Shown here one piece after another: positions 61,044 through 64,000 of a stretch of 64,000 nucleotides of DNA; the first letter of the stretch is position 1; every line of letters starts with the position of its first letter. The translations under genes were made by a program, and so were the position numbers. The notes below the pieces were generated by a model, which worked only from the letters and a program-made list of their open reading frames with translations, was not told the DNA's origin and did not search any database. The stretch is from assembly GCA_964187785.1 (NCBI GenBank), contig OZ076413.1:43774001-43838000 (forward strand), in the 5' to 3' direction. The stretch comes from Amphiscolops sp. MND2022. Lineage: Eukaryota.

Positions 61044-64000
61044 TGTTGTATTTCTAAGCTAGGTTAAGATATGGAAAGATGTTTAAAAGGTAGACTGTAT
61101 TTTGTATATCTAGTTCGTACCAAAATTGTTCGAATAATGTATACAAAATATAATTTTATAGTTTCAAGTTTGTTTGTAAACAACTTGTTAGATAGTCTAG
61201 AGTTCTAGGGGTTAGTAGAGGTCATTCGGAATCAACACCGTATAACATTCCCTCCTCTCTCTCTCTCTCTGGGCTTGCTTTAGTTGAATGCCGACGTTCC
61301 GGGGGAGGTTGTTCAGTTGGGCATGAAGTCAGCAGGTTTGTGTGTGGTCATGGGTTGTGGGGCTTCTTTGCGAGAGTTCCAGTTCGAACCTATAACAAAT
61401 TAAAAATTGTTTATCCCCAAAAATTTCCAGTATATGGTATGCAACCGTATCTATTCGGTTTGTTTGTGTTTCGGTTGGATCGCCGTATTTTATTTTCAAT
61501 GCTCTCACCGTGTGGGATTTCGCCATCGGTGTGGATTTGAAACACATCTTCTTCTGGGTTGGTTTTTATCGGCTCACACCGACCTCCCCGTTCCGATGTG
61601 TCGTAGCTTCGGTTGCCGGTTCCTTCCGGCATTTCTTCATCGTCATCATCATCCTCGTTTTCGGATTCCGAGATACTCATCTTCCGGTTCTTGACGATTC
61701 TCAGCTTGCCGTTTACGATGTCGCGCAGTATCTCATCCCATCGGCCGTACTTTCCGTCCAGCCCTCTCAGGCCCTGTCGATTTTTCGGTGTTATTTCGGC
61801 ATTTACTAATGCCGCATTTTTTCGGATTTTCTTCTCGGTCTGAAACAATGGTCCCGAAATAAATTTTTGGTGTATTATTTTACCCGTATTTGTTTTTACG
61901 GTATTTTCGGTTCCGTCAATTGCGGTTTGTATTTTGTTTTGAAATTTTCCTTCTAGTGATTTTTTGTTGTGGTTTTTTTCTACAAAGGAAAAAGGATAGC
62001 TAACCGAATTTTTCTTTTTCGGCGACTCTGGGCCTTCATTGGCTTGTTTTTCTTCAGCCTTGGTCTTTGCCATGATCATGTGGTTGGTGATCTCGCCATC
62101 CGCATCGCGGCCCACATATATCGGGATCTTCGGTTTGTTTGGTGCTGAAATAGATATTTCTAACCAATGCAATAAATATGTTTTCCAGTCTTTAATTATA
62201 TTGGTTAATTCGGTTCTCGGTTTTCTACCGTGATGTAATTCAAAGGGTGTTCTTTTCAATCCGGTATGTATTGTAAAACGCATTAACCGGAGTGCTCGGT
62301 TTACACTTTCGGTTAAATCCGTCCCTTCTTCTATGTTTGCTAGCATTAAGTTTTTTAGAGTTTGTATCGCCCTTTCGACTACTCCGTTTCCCGTATGTAG
62401 TCGGGGTGTGCAATATTTGATTTCTATGTTTCGATTTTTACAAAATTCTTTGTACTCTTTTGATATAAAGGCTCCTCCTTTATCTGATTTGATCTTTTCC
62501 GGTATTCCGTACAGGTTGAAGTTATTCGATAGGAAATTCAAGACTTCCTTCGTTTCGGCGGTTTTGCATATTTTTACTGTAGGCCATTTGCTAAAACGGT
62601 CTACCGCTATTAAAATTTGGACGTCTCTGTTTATTCGTTTATTATGTAGTTTTCCGGTGAAGTCAATTTGTATTTCTTGGCCCGTTTCGGTTAATTTTTT
62701 CAATTTCCCGTAATGACTATTTGGTAATTGATATTTTGAATTTTTACCTGATGCAAGGCAGGCGATGAAGTCTTTCACTTTGTTTTCAATATCCCGGTCG
62801 ATGTCCGGCCACCAAAAGATTTTTGCTTCCGCCGTCATCTTCGTCATACCGGCATGACCGAAATGCAAGATATCTAGTAGTCGTCTTCGGAGGTCTACCG
62901 GAACAACAATTTGATCGTCCATGAACACTAGTCCCCACCGGATAGAGAGTTTATCAAATGCCGGTCTGTATCCGTCCGGGGTTGTGTCTCTGTCTTCCCG
63001 TCTCATGCTTCCTCTGACTCGTGTAAGTTTGGGGTCGATCGCGGTCTTTGAAATTAGGGTTTTTAAATCCAGCATGAATTCAAATTCGGCTTTCTTTATT
63101 GTGTCTTCGGTTATCTTTTTGTTTCCTGATAACTTTCCCACAATATGGTTTATCTGGATGTAGTGAGCTTCCTTGCCGTCTGTATTAAACTTGCTGAGAT
63201 CAACTATTGGTAAATTGTCTCCTCTCATGATGACACTGTCTTCTTCAGTTTCGGGTTGTTCGGGTTCGATTTCGCCTTCTTCCGGATTTTCGGTCTCCTC
63301 AACTTCTTCGGTTATTGGTTGGTAGCCTCCCCCCAACTTGTTCGACCTCTGCAGCAGCTCCGCATCTATCTCCGCAATCTCCTCTCGGCTACGTTTGTTT
63401 GGGCGGGTAGGTGCGAAAATCGTCCGCTGTGTGTGTGGGTCGTATCTTCTTCTCAGTGTCCCCGGCTTTGATAGGGCGTTCCTCAGTTCGACCAGTCTGC
63501 GAGTTTCCGGGCTTTTATTTCTTTTCCGTATAATTTCCATGATTTCCCGTGTCGCGCCCCAGTGGTAAAAGTTTTCTCTGTCCATGTCGGTAATTTCCGG
63601 ATTTGGATTGGATAATTTCTTCGTTTGAATGTTGTTCGACTGTTGTTTTAATTTGCAACTTGATTTTGACGCGCTAATTTCGGACTGCCCGGATGTAACT
63701 TTCACACTTCGGTTTCTTTTGTTCACGCCGCTTTTGTTCTGGAATGTTCTATTCGATTGTGATTGGTGCGTGCAATTCTCATTTCGTTCTTCGGATGTCT
63801 CGTTCGTTGTCTCGGTTGTTGTTTTCTCGCATTTTGATTGGTCGGCGAATATTGGTCCGTATTTTATGTTAAGTTTTGCTTGTTCTGATAGTATGTTAAT
63901 TACGTATACCTCATCGTAATTATCTTCCGGTGTAGCTCCCCCTGCCGGATTTCTGCTCAGATAATCTGTGAATTTCAAATTACTTCCTGCGATATGCTGT
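61044..64000 (-). mobile_element. Ty3/Gypsy LTR retrotransposon (element 2), 3' part; continues beyond the window
   Basis: 3' LTR 61044-61247 (TGTT...AACA). PPT on the minus strand at 61248-61270. Uninterrupted pol ORF. Confidence 0.93.
61411..64000 (-). CDS. Pol polyprotein C-terminal part: end of RNase H, long linker, integrase (Zn-binding and DDE core), C-terminal tail
   Basis: Motifs QHIAGSNLKFTDYLSR, HFGH...WWP...FIAC, QIDFTG, SDKGGAF, GNGVVERAIQTLK and terminal RRSNR...P.RY. Frame is open to the window edge, so the listed ORF start is not the true start. Confidence 0.92.
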   Translation of the reverse strand, partial: QHIAGSNLKFTDYLSRNPAGGATPEDNYDEVYVINILSEQAKLNIKYGPIFADQSKCEKTTTETTNETSEERNENCTHQSQSNRTFQNKSGVNKRNRSVKVTSGQSEISASKSSCKLKQQSNNIQTKKLSNPNPEITDMDRENFYHWGATREIMEIIRKRNKSPETRRLVELRNALSKPGTLRRRYDPHTQRTIFAPTRPNKRSREEIAEIDAELLQRSNKLGGGYQPITEEVEETENPEEGEIEPEQPETEEDSVIMRGDNLPIVDLSKFNTDGKEAHYIQINHIVGKLSGNKKITEDTIKKAEFEFMLDLKTLISKTAIDPKLTRVRGSMRREDRDTTPDGYRPAFDKLSIRWGLVFMDDQIVVPVDLRRRLLDILHFGHAGMTKMTAEAKIFWWPDIDRDIENKVKDFIACLASGKNSKYQLPNSHYGKLKKLTETGQEIQIDFTGKLHNKRINRDVQILIAVDRFSKWPTVKICKTAETKEVLNFLSNNFNLYGIPEKIKSDKGGAFISKEYKEFCKNRNIEIKYCTPRLHTGNGVVERAIQTLKNLMLANIEEGTDLTESVNRALRLMRFTIHTGLKRTPFELHHGRKPRTELTNIIKDWKTYLLHWLEISISAPNKPKIPIYVGRDADGEITNHMIMAKTKAEEKQANEGPESPKKKNSVSYPFSFVEKNHNKKSLEGKFQNKIQTAIDGTENTVKTNTGKIIHQKFISGPLFQTEKKIRKNAALVNAEITPKNRQGLRGLDGKYGRWDEILRDIVNGKLRIVKNRKMSISESENEDDDDDEEMPEGTGNRSYDTSERGGRCEPIKTNPEEDVFQIHTDGEIPHGESIENKIRRSNRNTNKPNRYGCIPYTGNFWG

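Noticed and set aside
61340..63919. Many short plus-strand ORFs
   Set aside because: Antisense to the Gypsy pol ORF.

Overview
AT-rich animal (bilaterian) genomic DNA with no recognisable intact host protein-coding gene. The central feature is a minus-strand miR-124 precursor hairpin (27750-27834; mature UAAGGCACGCGGUGAAUGCAAA at 27783-27762). It lies at the 3' end of a ~19 kb domain (about 26.9-45.9 kb) that is almost free of recognisable transposons. That domain carries a speculative chain of short minus-strand exons (including a 9-nt microexon), clustered bZIP (CRE/PAR-type) motifs, and CU-rich and YCAY tracts on the transcribed strand, so it is plausibly a long non-coding miR-124 host gene with its regulatory region. 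The flanks are dense with transposons: DINE-1/HINE-like Helentron derivatives, CACTA/EnSpm-type, MULE-type and hAT-type non-autonomous elements, a decayed FLYWCH-MULE transposon (46764-49333), solo LTRs, a decayed full-length Ty3/Gypsy element (55546-61043), and a second Gypsy element with an open pol ORF inserted 4 bp from the end of the first element's 3' LTR. There is also a 1.34 kb fold-back duplication and a perfect 60-bp palindrome. All calls were made by eye; no database searches or folding programs were run.
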